From Zootoca vivipara (Eukaryota): a stretch of DNA of 64,000 nucleotides. The stretch lies in NCBI RefSeq assembly GCF_963506605.1, contig NC_083280.1, forward strand, positions 41,602,001-41,666,000. The letters are read 5' to 3'. Both the position numbers and the translations under genes were made by a program. The notes under the pieces are model-generated. The model searched no databases. It was not told the origin of the DNA and was given only the letters and a program-made list of their open reading frames with translations. Position 1 is the stretch's first letter. Each line of letters begins with the position of its first letter. Below, in pieces: positions 24,476 to 37,010 of the stretch.

Positions 24476-25026
24476 CTACAAGCAGGAAAAGAAGCACATT
24501 AAGTTACTACCGGTATGCAGACAGGTCCTCCTGTGCTTGTTCGTTTATTTTATAGTACTGCTGTTAACAAATCTTAAGAATGTGAGGAAGCAATGTCCCT
24601 GATGTAAAATGTGCAAATGCCATGTTTAGTATGCATTCTTAGTGAAGGCAATTTGCCTCTGAATGCCAGTTTCTGGGAACCTAAAGTGGGGAGAGTGCAG
24701 TTGCACTCAGCTTGCAGTCTCCCCATAGGCATCCGATTGGTCACTGTGGGAACAGGATGCTGGACTAGATGGGCCTTTGGTCTGACCCAGCAAGGGGCTT
24801 CTTATGCTTCATTGAGCTTAATGCTGCTCATCAATATAATAAACCTTCAAAATGCTAGGATGTGGTAAGTGGGGATTCCAGGGGAGAAAGGAATTCTGTG
24901 ACAAGTGCGAAAATAGTGTCAGGTAGGCAAAACTGATGTCACAGGGCCTATTTGCACAATCATTTGGAGAGTGTAAGAGGCTGTACAAAAGGTGAGGCTC
25001 CTGAAGTGTCCAGACACCATCTTGAC

Positions 25027-25130
25027 CAGGCATCCCCAAACTCATCATCCCTGACCATTGGTCCTGTTAACTAGGGATGATGGGAGTTGTAGTCCCAAAA
25101 CAGCTGGAGGGCCGAGTTTGGGGGTGCCCG
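25027..25130. mobile_element. Short hAT-type MITE (internally deleted relative of 28992-29127)
   Basis: caggcatccccaaact / agtttgggggtgcccg ends; TSD atcttgac. Confidence 0.8.
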
Positions 25131-26624
25131 ATCTTGACTGTGAGTCCTGGAAGACTTGCTCCCTGCACTGCTGGCCTTTTTCTACCTGGCCATATTGTTT
25201 AGGAAGTTGGTGTGTGTGTGTGTGTCTTTATTTTTAGATCTTATGGTTTATATGCAGATTGTTCAATTTGGTTGTGTACTTTTTGATGTGCTTATTTATT
25301 GTTGGCTATGTTTGTAACTAAGTAAATATTTTTATGTTGTAAGCTGCCTTGAGCATGGTTTTAACTATGGAAAAGCAGCATCCACATAAAATGATGGTGG
25401 TGGTGTAAGATGTTTTCACATCAACATACCATGCACATGGTCTGGATCAAATGTTGAAAGGGGGTGAAGGGCAGATCACATTGGCTGGGTGGAAATGAGT
25501 TTGAGAGATTACTAGTTCTAATTGCACCCATCTCAAACTTCCATTTACTGTGAATTTGTTTTCATTGTTACTCAGGAAAGAATGCTGCCTTTGGTTAACC
25601 CTGGATAAAAAAGGAAACATAGGCCCTGGGTAGTACATCTGATCTGGAACTCCCTGGAATCTTGCACTGCTCAGAGATTGGGAGTGGCATGTACCACTAT
25701 ACATACCAAAAGCCCAGCTAAAATCTCAAGGAAAGGCTGAGCACCCAGGGTGCTTCCAGATATCAATAGTTCAGGAGTTTTCTCTATAACTTTTTTAAAA
25801 ATCTGCACCTAACCTTAGAGTTGATGGAGTACAAAGTAGTGCATGACTTTTGAAAAAAGTAGTTAAAAGGAAAAGAGGGAAGTGAAAAATCTGAAACACC
25901 ATTTTTAATGGTGATGGTGTATTTTAAAGAAATGTTTACAGCAGAGTTTTGTGCTGAGAACCGTGTCCTGTTGACACATTTAGGCTACTTATCATAACAG
26001 ACCTGGCCTATAAACCACTGGTTCCTGTTTTTTAAATATACATGTGGGCAAACATTTAAAGAAACGAAGCTCTCAAATCAAAATTAGATGTACTTATTCC
26101 ATTTGATAAACTTCCCCTTTGTATCGTATTTACAGCCAGCTTTATCTGCCACACATGGAGTGGAGCCATGCAGGGCTGGAACTACAAGTTAATGGGACAA
26201 AAACTGGAAGGAAAGCTGGTCTGTTTAAAAATAATTCATGTGCTTCAGCATTTTTTATTATTGTTGTGATCAAGCTGAAAAATTAAAAAGCTTGCTTGCT
26301 ACTTTGAGATATTTTAGGTCGTCCTCATTATGCCAGTCCCATTAAAGTGGAGTAGGTGTAGGGATGAGCAAACTGGTCCATTATGGTTTATATTGCCTCT
26401 CACTGTGGAGGCAGAACACAGCCATCATGGTTAGTTAAGGGTAGGAGCAGCATTATCAAAGTAGCAGAACTAGGGATGGACACAAGGACAGCACTCTAGT
26501 TGGTCCTGTCATAGGCAAGCAGGCAGCCTTCCTGACAACTCTAGGGGTGGGGGTGGGGTGGAGCTGGGTATGCTTTCCATTATTTAAGTTCGGAATAGAG
26601 TAGTTGCTTTGGAAGACAATAATC

Positions 26625-26885
26625 CAACTGGAGAACAGCCTTTACCAAAGGTGTCATGGGCTCTGAAGATGCTCGAACTCAGGACGCAAGGGAGAAACTT
26701 GCTAAGAGGAAGGCACGCTTGGCAAACCCTCACCATCTACTCCCATCCGGAAACCTATGTCCCCACATGTCCCCACATGTGGATCCAGAATTGGCCTCCA
26801 CAGTCACTTACAGACTCACTGTTAAAACCGTGTTTATGGAAGACAATCTTACTCGGCTACGAGTGATCGCCAAAGGAGGAGGAAC
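26625..26885 (+). mobile_element. RTE-clade LINE 3' end distinct from BovB, frameshifted
   Basis: EDARTQDAREK.AKRKAR...GNLCPH then GSRIGLHSHLQTHC* in another frame (C-terminal Zn-finger-like end of RTE), short 3' UTR and purine-rich tail. Confidence 0.75.
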
Positions 26886-27251
26886 AGGAACTGGGTAAAG
26901 CAGGCAGGCAGAGCCAGCCCTTAAACAGCAAAAAAACAGTTTAAGACTGCGGTGCTTTGCACGCTTAATTGGGAATTGATCTTGGACTTACTTCTGAGTA
27001 AGCACATTTTGATTCACACAGCAAGCCTTGTTCTCCTTGTGAACTTAGGCTGAACATTAGATCTCGTCATTAAATAGAACAGCCAATGAAACCCCAAAGC
27101 AAAATATTGTTTCAAAGTAAAATTCATGTTGCCCAAAGACTAATGCAACAGCAGTTAATTAGCCATTTTCACACTAAACAATGGGCTAAAACTAGTACTC
27201 ACGTGAATTTGGTTTGGTTTCTATGTGCTGTAAATATTTTACTTCACTAAC

Positions 27252-27417
27252 CTGAAAAAGACTAGCGGCTTCCAGGACTTTCTGGACATTTTCCTTAGTG
27301 ATCAGCACTTTGCTTGTGTAAGTGTAATCCAAAAGAATCTGCATTGTTTCAGCATCAACTCCCTTAATTACTATTTTTTCTTCATACTTTTCTTTCAAGT
27401 CGTTGCAAAACATTGCC
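27252..27417 (-). CDS. KLHL6: Kelch-like 6, coding exon 2 (BTB domain)
   Basis: ttcag|G GCA ATG...CAG|gttagt; [12 protein letters not shown]...ASLFQ; 166 nt. Confidence 0.97.
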
Positions 27418-28391
27418 CTGAAGGGGAAAATAGGTAATTTCTTAGAAGACCAGTCTTTCTGAAATACACTCTGGAAACAAGAATACTAATACTTCCCCAG
27501 TCACTTCATGTTTATGCTATTTTTCTATTTTAAAATATTGAAAGTTGCTAACAATATATATCAGACCAGAGCAATAATAAATAATTTACTGTAACTACAA
27601 AACCATAAGAGTAATCCTTTAAAACCATCAAACTGATCGATAATACACATGGCAATCTCAGTACACATTAAAATGCATCTTATAAGTCTGAACATTATCA
27701 TTTAAAAAGATTGTTTTTAATGCATGCTATTAATTTGTTTTTGATATTTTTGTATACATACTGTATTGGGCTATAGTGCCTTATTAAAATGCAGATTTGA
27801 AAAATTAAAATAAATAAATAAAATGCAGTGTCTAATCAGCTAATGAGTATGGAATAAATGTGTTTTTATTCCAGAAGCTAAAAGCCAAGCAGAGGTGGAA
27901 CTGTGTAGATCTCATGCTGGTGCCATGACAAAGAAGAACCTCTTTTCGGTGCTCAGCTGTCATACTTCAGATGGCAAGAAGGCACAAATCAGAGTCTCAC
28001 ATATTGACCAGAGGCAAGTACACATGGGATAGCACAGTTCTCCTTCTAAGCCATTGGGGCTGTAAAAATCAATACTGTACTTTGAATTGACACCAGAAAC
28101 AAATTTGTAATCAATAAATATGGCATGATGCTGGAATAGATTATCTTTCCTTTGAGCCTCCATTAACACCTTGGCATCTGTATTTTGTTTCTGATGAAGT
28201 TTCAGAGACATATAGAGCATGTTATAGGAGGGACAGGTAGCCTGTAGCCCTCCAGATGTTGCTGAACCATCTCTGAGAGATGAGTGGCTAATAAATGTTT
28301 TAAAAAGAACCAATACCACTCCACAGCCTCCCTAGGATAAAAAGATGGAAATGAAAGACAGAACAGCTAGGTATTTTCAGCATATTGATGA

Positions 28392-28888
28392 TGTCAGGAG
28401 TATGGGCAGGAGTCAGGCTCTGGGGCCTGTAGTGCTTTGCAGGACTGGGGCCTGCCTCAGCTTGTGCTGGAGAGGCAAGGAGTGGTCACCCAGGTGAGGC
28501 CACTTGATAACTCACTGCACCTGGTGGCAGGAGCTGGGAGGGATAAAAGCTCAGCATTTCCCTTCAGCTCTTTGCCACAGCAACGCTATCCCTGCCTGGT
28601 TGCCTCTGGCCTCTCGCTCCTTGGACCCTTGCCTTGCGGACGCCTTGATCCTCAACCCTTGGACCCTTGCCTTGCCGATGCCTTGATCCTCAACCCTTGG
28701 ACCTTTGCCTTGCCAACGCCTTGCTCCTTGACTCCCAGACCTTCGCCTCTGCCTTGCTCCTTGACCCTGTGACTGCCTGCTGATGGACCCTCAGCCCTGC
28801 ACCTGTTCCTGCTTCTACGTCACCATCTTGCCTCTGGTCCTGACGTCCTCAGTCAGGGCTTCAACCGCCTGCCGACCGGACTGTGACA
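28392..28888 (+). mobile_element. Solo LTR (497 bp) with 5-bp TSD and internal tandem repeats
   Basis: TGTCA...TGACA termini, TSD gatga on both sides, repeats of about 38 bp (cttggacccttgccttgc..acgccttgatcctcaacc) at 28620-28770. Confidence 0.85.
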
Positions 28889-28991
28889 GATGACACCTCA
28901 ACTGAAATGTATGGAGGGCGTCATCCAGTGGTTTCATGGGGATGTTAAACAGCACAAGGGACCAGATGAACCCATTCAGTGCCCCATAAAC

Positions 28992-29127
28992 CAGGCTTCC
29001 TCAAACTCGGCCCTCCAGATGTTTTTGGCCTACAACTCCCATGATCCCTAGCTAGCAGGACCAGTGGTCAGGGATGATGGGAATTGTAGTCTTAAAACAT
29101 CTGGAGGACCGAGTTTGGGGAAGCCTG
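28992..29127. mobile_element. Palindromic hAT-type MITE
   Basis: caggcttcctcaaactcgg / ccgagtttggggaagcctg; TSD ccataaac. Confidence 0.88.
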
Positions 29128-29471
29128 CCATAAACCATTGTTCAGGGTGGATCAGCAGTTTCTCAGAACGTCCTCCTAGGAAGTCTTTCAGAAAGATGAG
29201 AATTTGCACCACAATATAGTCAGATAGTTCAGAAGGGTACCAGAGTACCATAAATGGTATTGAAAACCACTGAGAGGACAAATCAGTGGGATTACGCTCC
29301 CTTGTCTATCTCAGAGTGTAAGTCACCCACCAGAATGAGCAAGGGAATGTCTGTCCCAAATCTGGGACGGAAGCCAATTTGAAAAGGATCTAAATGATCA
29401 GTCTCATCAAGAAATAATTGAGCCACCACATCTTGCCCTGATATAGCCTTACAATAACTTTGTATTATTAT

Positions 29472-29503
<32 letters not shown>

Positions 29504-30039
29504 TTTCTCCTCCTAATACAGATAAGAGTTAAGGGTGAGGAACAGTGGCTTGTCTGGAGCTACCCAGTGAAGTTCAAGGCTGAGCTGAGATTTAAACTGG
29601 AAACCTCCCAGCTTCTAATGTATGTTCTTAATCACTCTGCTACACTAGGTCTACATACGGTATCTGTGTTTTAGCATTTCAGAATCCTAGAGTTTTTGGT
29701 CACTCTCTTGACATTTGTTTTCTCACATCTAACACTCAAATATTGCTGTATCAAATAATTGTGTGCTTCAAGGACTTATTGGTCAATTGTCCGATTGGAA
29801 TTGTTTTTTTCAGTGTAACTTGTTGGCTTAGAGCATGTTATTATTAATCTTGCTTCCCTTCTTTGAAGATAGAAACATTTGGGCTTTTTAAAGGCTAAGC
29901 AGTCGGAAAGGAGCCCCAAGTAAAGTTCACATAGGCAACCCTTTTTCGGCATAAAGCTGAACCAAAGCTATTGTGCCTTGTTCTCAAGGAGAGGGATCAC
30001 TCTAAGAAATAAAGTCACATTCCAACAAAACAACATATA

Positions 30040-30282
30040 CAGTGGTACCTCGACTTACGAATTTAATATGTTCCGAACGCACATTCGTAAGTCGAAAAAA
30101 ATTGTAAGTCAAATCCCACAGGAATGCATTGGGAGAAAAAATTCGTAAGTCGAAGCAACCCCATCTAAAAATTCGTAAGTCGAAAAAATCCTATCTAAAC
30201 CGCATCCAAGATGGCGGACGGAGCTCCGTTCGTAAATAGAAACATTCGTAAGTAGAGTTATTTGTAAGTAGAGGTACCACTA
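30040..30282. mobile_element. Tc1/mariner-type MITE (same family as 39211-39429)
   Basis: TA|cagtggtacctcgacttacga...gtaagtagaggtaccact; repeated ttcgtaagt motifs. Confidence 0.88.
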
Positions 30283-31945
30283 CATGTTCTTGGCTTAAAA
30301 AATCATCAGAAGTCCTATCTCCCCAAAGATAAATAGTTGTGCTAATCACATGGGATAGTCCATGGAATTATCTGGTGGAGAACTTTATGTGGTTTTTCCA
30401 AAAAATCTGATGTAAATATGTATTTGTATGCAGCATTTAAATCTGAATGGAGTTGTTATAAACTATGAGTAGCTAAATCTGAATGGCAAATACTCACCTG
30501 TCAGAAGACCAGTATAGATAGCTACACCATTTAATTTACAGACTGAGCCTATCCACATTCACTTGGAACTCTTGTTGAATTAAATGATACTCCTCCCAAG
30601 CATGCACAGGATTGAAAGCTTAGCCATTTAATATTTCTGAGTATTGCTTCACCCCTTCCCCACAAAACAGTAACCAAAAATGAGACATTAAAATGAGACT
30701 AGTAGATTTGAATTACGGTTGTAAGACACCTCAGATCCAAAATACCTGCTTCATTCTCTTATGCCAAAAGAAAGGCAAGATCTTGTGTCAAAATAATTTT
30801 GTTAGTTTTCTGTGACAGTGCAAGGGATAGTTTTCTGTGAATTAATTAATCCTGCTAGCCGAAATATTTATGTTTCCAATTAATATACATTTTGAAAAGT
30901 GGATAAAGTCCTATGTTAGCTACTTTAAAAATGCATTATGATGAGTAGAAATACGGAGGCCAGCAATAAGTGCCTAAAATGGCCCCAATTACATTTGGAA
31001 TTAAATAAGCCAAGCATCCCCCCTTTTTTTCGTTCTACCATCTAGGATAAATGTCACACCTTGACCTGACTGAGTAACTTTTGGTATCAAAAGTTAATAA
31101 TGTTCCTTTTACCATTAAAAATAATAATAAAATCTATCCCCATGTCACAATGATTCTCACTGACAGGGACTGATCAAAAATTTTCTTTATTTTCCAGTGT
31201 AATTAGTAACATGATAGTGGAGTATTTTGTTTCTCACTATTTATTTGGCCTATTTTCTCAGTGTTTCCAGAAGGAACACCATTTTCTAGCATACGCTACA
31301 GAAGGTGACCTTGCTGGAGTTCAGTGTCTTCCTTCCATGTGTTTTTCCCATTTCTCAAATCGCTTTTTTAATTTTAGAAGTCCAAGAAAAATAGGAAGCA
31401 CACTCCTTTCCCCTCATTGATTGCTTTTGCCATATGTTGCCCTCCTCATGGAAACAGGTTTTGTGGGGAAAGGATCATTTAGCTTCCACACATTCAACTA
31501 CATTAATGATAACATACCTACTACCTAAAACACCCAGGAACCTGCGGAACAACACTTTTTAATGGGCAGCTGTTGAATTAATATTTTATTTTATTATTAC
31601 CAATAGTAATTGGTTGGGATTGTTATAGAGTGGGGGGGGAACAGGGGGAACTGTAATTGATTGCATGTCTGTTCCTATATTCAAAAATTTTCTATCCCAC
31701 ATACTTAGCATTCTCAATTAATATTCTGGATGCTGTAATTATCACCCTGTTTGGCTATACACTTCTTCTGACATGCCACCAAATATAGACATTATTGGTA
31801 GCTCATAGACTGTTGGGGTAGGTTTCAAATCAAGTGCTCGGGAAATGTCACTTTCCCATCTTACCTGCTTAACTATTTCTGGTTGCAATTGAACATCCAA
31901 ATGAGAGGAGAGAGAAAAAGACTTAATTTGAAATATCTCCCTTAC

Positions 31946-32208
31946 CTAAAATAATTGCTTGCCGCTGCTAGAACCACGCGGTGGCATGAGAATTTCATGT
32001 TGCCCACACACAGGGTAACATCTGTGAGGGAGTTTTCCAGTCGGAGGTTCTCCAAGCCGTTCTGCAGCACCATGGATAGGCCTGTGTCATCAAACTTAAC
32101 CCTTTCACTGATGGAGACCTCCACAAGCTCTCCCATGTTCCTGGAACACTCATTTTCCAAAGGCAACAGAGATTCCTCCTCCAAGTTCTTCTTCACTATG
32201 TCTCCCAT
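31946..32208 (-). CDS. KLHL6: Kelch-like 6, coding exon 1
   Basis: [10 protein letters not shown]...LTDVTLCVG...[13 protein letters not shown](R), donor AG|gtaagg; 263 nt. The seven exons total 1836 nt, 611 aa. Confidence 0.96.
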
Positions 32209-34276
32209 GTTTCGATCAGCAGCAGCAGCAGCACATCATGCCATTGATACTTCAATCTAAGATGGTTCCTGAGCTTCAGACAAGTCATGCTGCAGAAGCA
32301 AGACGGATTTCCTGTTTGGGCCTCCCCACTTATCTACAGCTGTCACACATGCATAACAGGAAGCCTTGCACTTTCTCATCCTGTTAACACAAACAAAGTC
32401 AGTGGGCTTGTGTTGTTATTTTTTAATTCCACACATTTCCAAGGAGTTTTACTATGCCTAAAGAAGACTTTAAGGTGCCTTTGAATATGGGATTATAACG
32501 AATGCCAAAGACCTCTAAAACTGTTTTGAAATCAGCATACTGCTGCATAACTTATATGTATATATCAATCCAGATATACCTGATGAGCATGATGGGAGAC
32601 TTATGGGGTTATAATTTTGACAACCAGCATTTTGAAAGAATGCCTAGAGTAAAAATAAGCTTTGCATGCATGCATGCATGTATTTATGTATTGTGTGGCA
32701 ATTGTCTTGGCTTTGAGAGGTATTACTCGCCAGTTTGGGAATATCAACAATATCGTTTTCTAGCTGCCTGCACTGACTATCTCTGTATCTGCACTTTATA
32801 TACGGTATATTTTTTACACACTATACACAGCTCAATGAGGAATTCAGTACAGGAATGGTCTGAATGAACCAAAGCTAAGTTTGGCTAAGTTTGTCATTTT
32901 GGATGGCACTTGAAAAATAAATTTTAAAAGCTCCCAAATAAGAACATTCCTCTCATAAGTTAATGCTGAGATACATGGTATAATTAGTTAATTAAAATGA
33001 AATTTCTATGGATGCAGAGTTTCCCAAATATGCCGCAACAGTGCTCTCAATGCAAAATGTGAGCAGTTATTACAACAAGCATACAATTTCACCTGACCAC
33101 TTTCTATTTCATGATGATGATGATGATGATGATGATGATACCCCATCCATCTGGGCTATGTCTTTAGAAGCATGACATGGATCAGATGCCAGCCATATCA
33201 CAGACAGCATAAAGTCAAGCATTATATGCATTGTATTGATTAGCAGCAGCAGGAAAAAACAGATCTGTGAGATAACACTTACTCTCTTCACTCGGGCCTT
33301 ACAGTCTAATGCAGTTTATCACATAGATTCTCAGAATTGCATAGAAAGTTTCCATGCTTCAGCCTGACATCCAAGAATAGTTGGCACAGGTGTAAAAACT
33401 TTCCACATGACTGGAAGGATCAACATGATAAACAATGTTAACTTGCAGCCACCATGAATACAGTCACCATGCAGTAGTCTCTTGTCAAAGGGATAAGGCT
33501 GCCCTTGATTATATTTCAAGAGGCTTAATCCATATGCTTCTTTGGTTTCCATTTTTAAAATTATATTTACCCTAGATCCCACCAACGCTTTGTCCCTTGC
33601 CTTTCACTTGCTGTTTTAGGAGTAACTTTAGATGGCATTTTGTTGCAGGAATATCAAGCCACACCTTTGGTAAACAGGACTGACAAAGGTCCCCTCCAAA
33701 CTGTCAATATTTTGTGGGAAGGACTGAAGCACATACCAAAAACCTAAGTTTGTGCAATTAAAATGTGCAACAAAGCCACTTTGTGGTTAGGAAAGTGACA
33801 GGGAAGTACATGTATGGAATGAATGAATGTTTAACAGGAAGACACATTTACAACCCACAAGCAAATCAGGATGAATGTTTATTGTCATATAACCTCCCCA
33901 CCAACAAATCAGAACAAGGCATTAATAAAGAGAGAGCATAATCTAACCTCCGCATAAGCTTTTATGCAAGCAAATAAGAATAAATGCTCTATAGTCATCT
34001 GGAGGAGCCCACTTACCACTCTAATTAGTAGCACTGGCTATAACATTCTCCAAAATTCAAATGGACACCCCCCCCAAAAAAGGGTTAATTTGTGATATAA
34101 ACCACCACCTTGACTAGTAACAACTGCCACAATTTGGTATTGCCTATATGAATCCATTGGGCAAGTTTTTCTGGAAATGTTGAATAATGAATCCTGAGAA
34201 CTGTCATTTACCCCTCACAGAGCTACAATTCCCAGCACCCTTAGCAAACTACAGTCCCCGGGATTCTTTGGAGTAA

Positions 34277-34628
34277 GTAAAGGTAAAGGGACCCCTGACC
34301 ATTAGGTCCAGTCGTGACCAACTCTGGGGTTGCGCGCTCATCTCGCATTATTGGCCGAGGGAGCCGGCGTATAGCTTCCAGGTCATGTGGCCAGCATGAC
34401 AAAGCCGCTTCTGGCAAACCAGAGCAGCACATGGAAACGCCGTTTACCTTCCCGCTGTAGCGGTTCCTATTTATCTACTTGCATTTTGACGTGCTTTCGA
34501 ACTGCTAGGTTGGCAGGAGCTGGGACCAAGCAACGGGAGCTCATTCCGTCACAGGGATTCGAACCGCTGACCTTCTGATCAGCAAGCCCTAGGCTCAGTG
34601 GTTTAACTACAGCGCCACCTGGGTCCCA
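34277..34628 (-). mobile_element. Sauria SINE, near full length, adjacent to an older actacaattccca-containing repeat
   Basis: gtaaaggtaaagggacccctgaccattaggtccagtc...gcgccacctgggtccc; homologous to 20388-20697. Confidence 0.9.
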
Positions 34629-34999
34629 ATGTGCTTTAAATGTGTGGTGCATACACAGGCTTTGTCTCCTGAACCATTTGTTCATATTCTTCTCTTTCAC
34701 ATTTTTTCTTTTGAAAGACTAAGTGTTTAGGTTCCATCCTAGCTAACTGCTTCAGGGTGCAGGGTTATTCATACATTTCTGCCAGGGCATCTCATACAGT
34801 TTACCATTTTATTTACATTTCTTGCCTCCCTTTCCTTCAAGGCGCTCAATGTGGTGTACTGTACATGGTTTTCCTTATTTTATCTTCACAGCAAGTGAAG
34901 TGACTTAAGGCCAGCCAAGTGAGCTTCATGGATGAGTGGGAATTTGAACCCTGGCCTCCCAGGTCCTAGCAAAGCAAGAGTACGGTACAGTAAATGCAG

Positions 35000-35304
35000 A
35001 CCTACGGTAGCACTGAAGGCAAGAGGAAGAAAGTGCTCAGCTCTGCGCCTCTGGTGCAACGCGGCATTGCATCGCAAACCGTGAACTACATCTCCCAAGA
35101 ACGTTTGCAGCCGGCCCGCCTCTCATTGGCCGGCACATCCGTGACATCATGTGTTTTGGCTCTGGGAGGTCACATGTTTCGGGGTCTCCTTTGTTTTGAG
35201 TTGAGCTCGAACTTGAAGCAGACAAAAAGAGAGAGCGCGAGAGCGGAGGAGACGCGGAGCCGTTGTGCGGCTCCTTCTGATCGGCAGAAAACTGTGATTG
35301 ACAG
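35000..35304 (+). promoter_or_regulatory. KLHL24: Probable KLHL24 promoter and non-coding first exon
   Basis: CpG-rich; ZNF143/THAP11-type actacatctcccaag (about 35084), reverse CCAAT (attgg), tgacatca; donor CAG|gtaaat at 35304/35305. Confidence 0.6.
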
Positions 35305-36329
35305 GTAAATGGCTTGGCTAAACTCAGGAGGCCAAAAGTATAATTGGGGTCAGGTGGCCGGCGCAGGAGTTATTTCCTTTCGAAAAGCAGCATCAAGAGG
35401 CGCACAACCATAATAATACCTACAATTGTAATGGGTTCGAATGCAAGGCTCGTGGTAACTCCCGTACAGTAATAATTACAAACAGAAAATATGTCCTCCC
35501 TTAACATTTATGTTTTCACCCCACCCCAGTCCGGCTTTTCTAGGAAACTTCGTATGAAATGAATTTCAGCGAAGATTAAATTGCGTCTGGATTCTGCTAT
35601 GGTGTTCTGTTTTTAGATCAGTTGTGTCAGGTTTGCAAGGGAGAGAAAATCCCGTTGATATTGCAATGTCTAGCCGTTGTTATGTTGGCAGGGCAGAGAT
35701 AAGTTGCCCTGGCGCAATTTCCATTTTCCCCCTCCTGGCTAGTATTAAACACGCAGCGAAGCACAACGCCGTTAATACTGTCGAGCGCCTTGTTCGTGCG
35801 CAGAGAAAGGAAGTAGAGTTCAGCTGGAGGTGGAAAACAATGTGCGTGGCGACTGGCGGGGGGGGGGGGGAGAGAGAGAGTTCGCCTCTTTCCTAGGTCG
35901 GTACTTAAGGACACGTAAATTCCGGATTTGCACTGCCATTGGGCGAGGGAGGGGAGCAATACTGCAAGTTCTTGATTTCGAATGGTAAAGTTGTCAGGCC
36001 TCTTGTTATATTAAGGTTTCGTGCTTCGACACCCAAGGATTACGAGTGGAACTCGATAAAGAATTTTTTTCTCTCCCTACTTTTTCCTCTTTCCTCTAAA
36101 CAGTCCACCCAGTTGGACATCTACTCCGTAGATTGGCCAGGCACTTGTGTTTCAGGCCGGCACTAGAAAGCTGGATTGGTCAGAGAATGTTGACAGATCT
36201 GGATCAATCTCGCGAGCATCTGGAAAGTGTTCCATTCCTCCCCCCTCCTCTCTCTCTTTTTTTTTAACAATGTTCCTGCGTTTTGATATGGACGGTCACC
36301 CTGGTCTAAATTTGGTGGCTGTTTTATGC

Positions 36330-37010
36330 TTATGCGAATAGGCTGGTTCGTGCACTCCGTCTTCGCTTGCGCATCGTATTCCCGTTGGGGTGAATCCTAG
36401 TCACTGGAGCTCCGCTCCCCCCCCCCCCCGCCCTTGAGGTACTTGGCAAAGAGGCTGCGTTGGCTGCAAGTTCCTCTGGACCAGACCACTTTTTCAGGAG
36501 GGGGGAGGAGGGAGGCCTCGCAAGGAGCCGTTGGAACACGCAGGCCTTTGTGAGGAAGTGGAAATGCTGCTCCGACGCTTTGGCTTAGACCCGAACCGCG
36601 AAGAAGCGTCGGGAGGCGGAGTCGCCTGAGGCCCAAAATATACAGTAATCGGGTCCGGGTGACCATCCCTTAGCGCGTTATGGTTGGTTCTCCGCTCCCT
36701 TCTTCGGGACAGCTGGAGGAGTGATTGGATCGCCGCACCAGCCGGAGAGAAGGGGGGGAGCGGTGGGAGAGTCGCGCTCTCTAATTGGACATAAAATGCG
36801 GGGGGCGAGGCTTGTCTTCCAGGGCTGTTCAGGGTGAAGGTGAACTGGAGGATGTGTTCGAGCGCGCGCCGGGCCGAGGCGTCGCTCGGGTTCGAGCCGA
36901 GGCCGCTTGTATAACGGCTCGAACCGGACGCTCACTGCAGGTTGACGCGAGAAGGCCGTTATTTTGCCTCAAGTGCTTTAAAGTGACGCCTGCCTTTCAG
37001 TCACGCGCCT
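36330..37010 (+). promoter_or_regulatory. Second CpG island in the KLHL24 5' region (possible alternative promoter)
   Basis: High CpG density, two reverse CCAAT boxes (about 36724 and 36784), possible donor CAG|gttgac at 36940. Confidence 0.55.

Noticed and set aside
28620-28770. Repeat array and 111-aa ORF at 28437-28772
   Set aside because: Internal tandem repeats of a solo LTR; the ORF is a by-product of the repeats.
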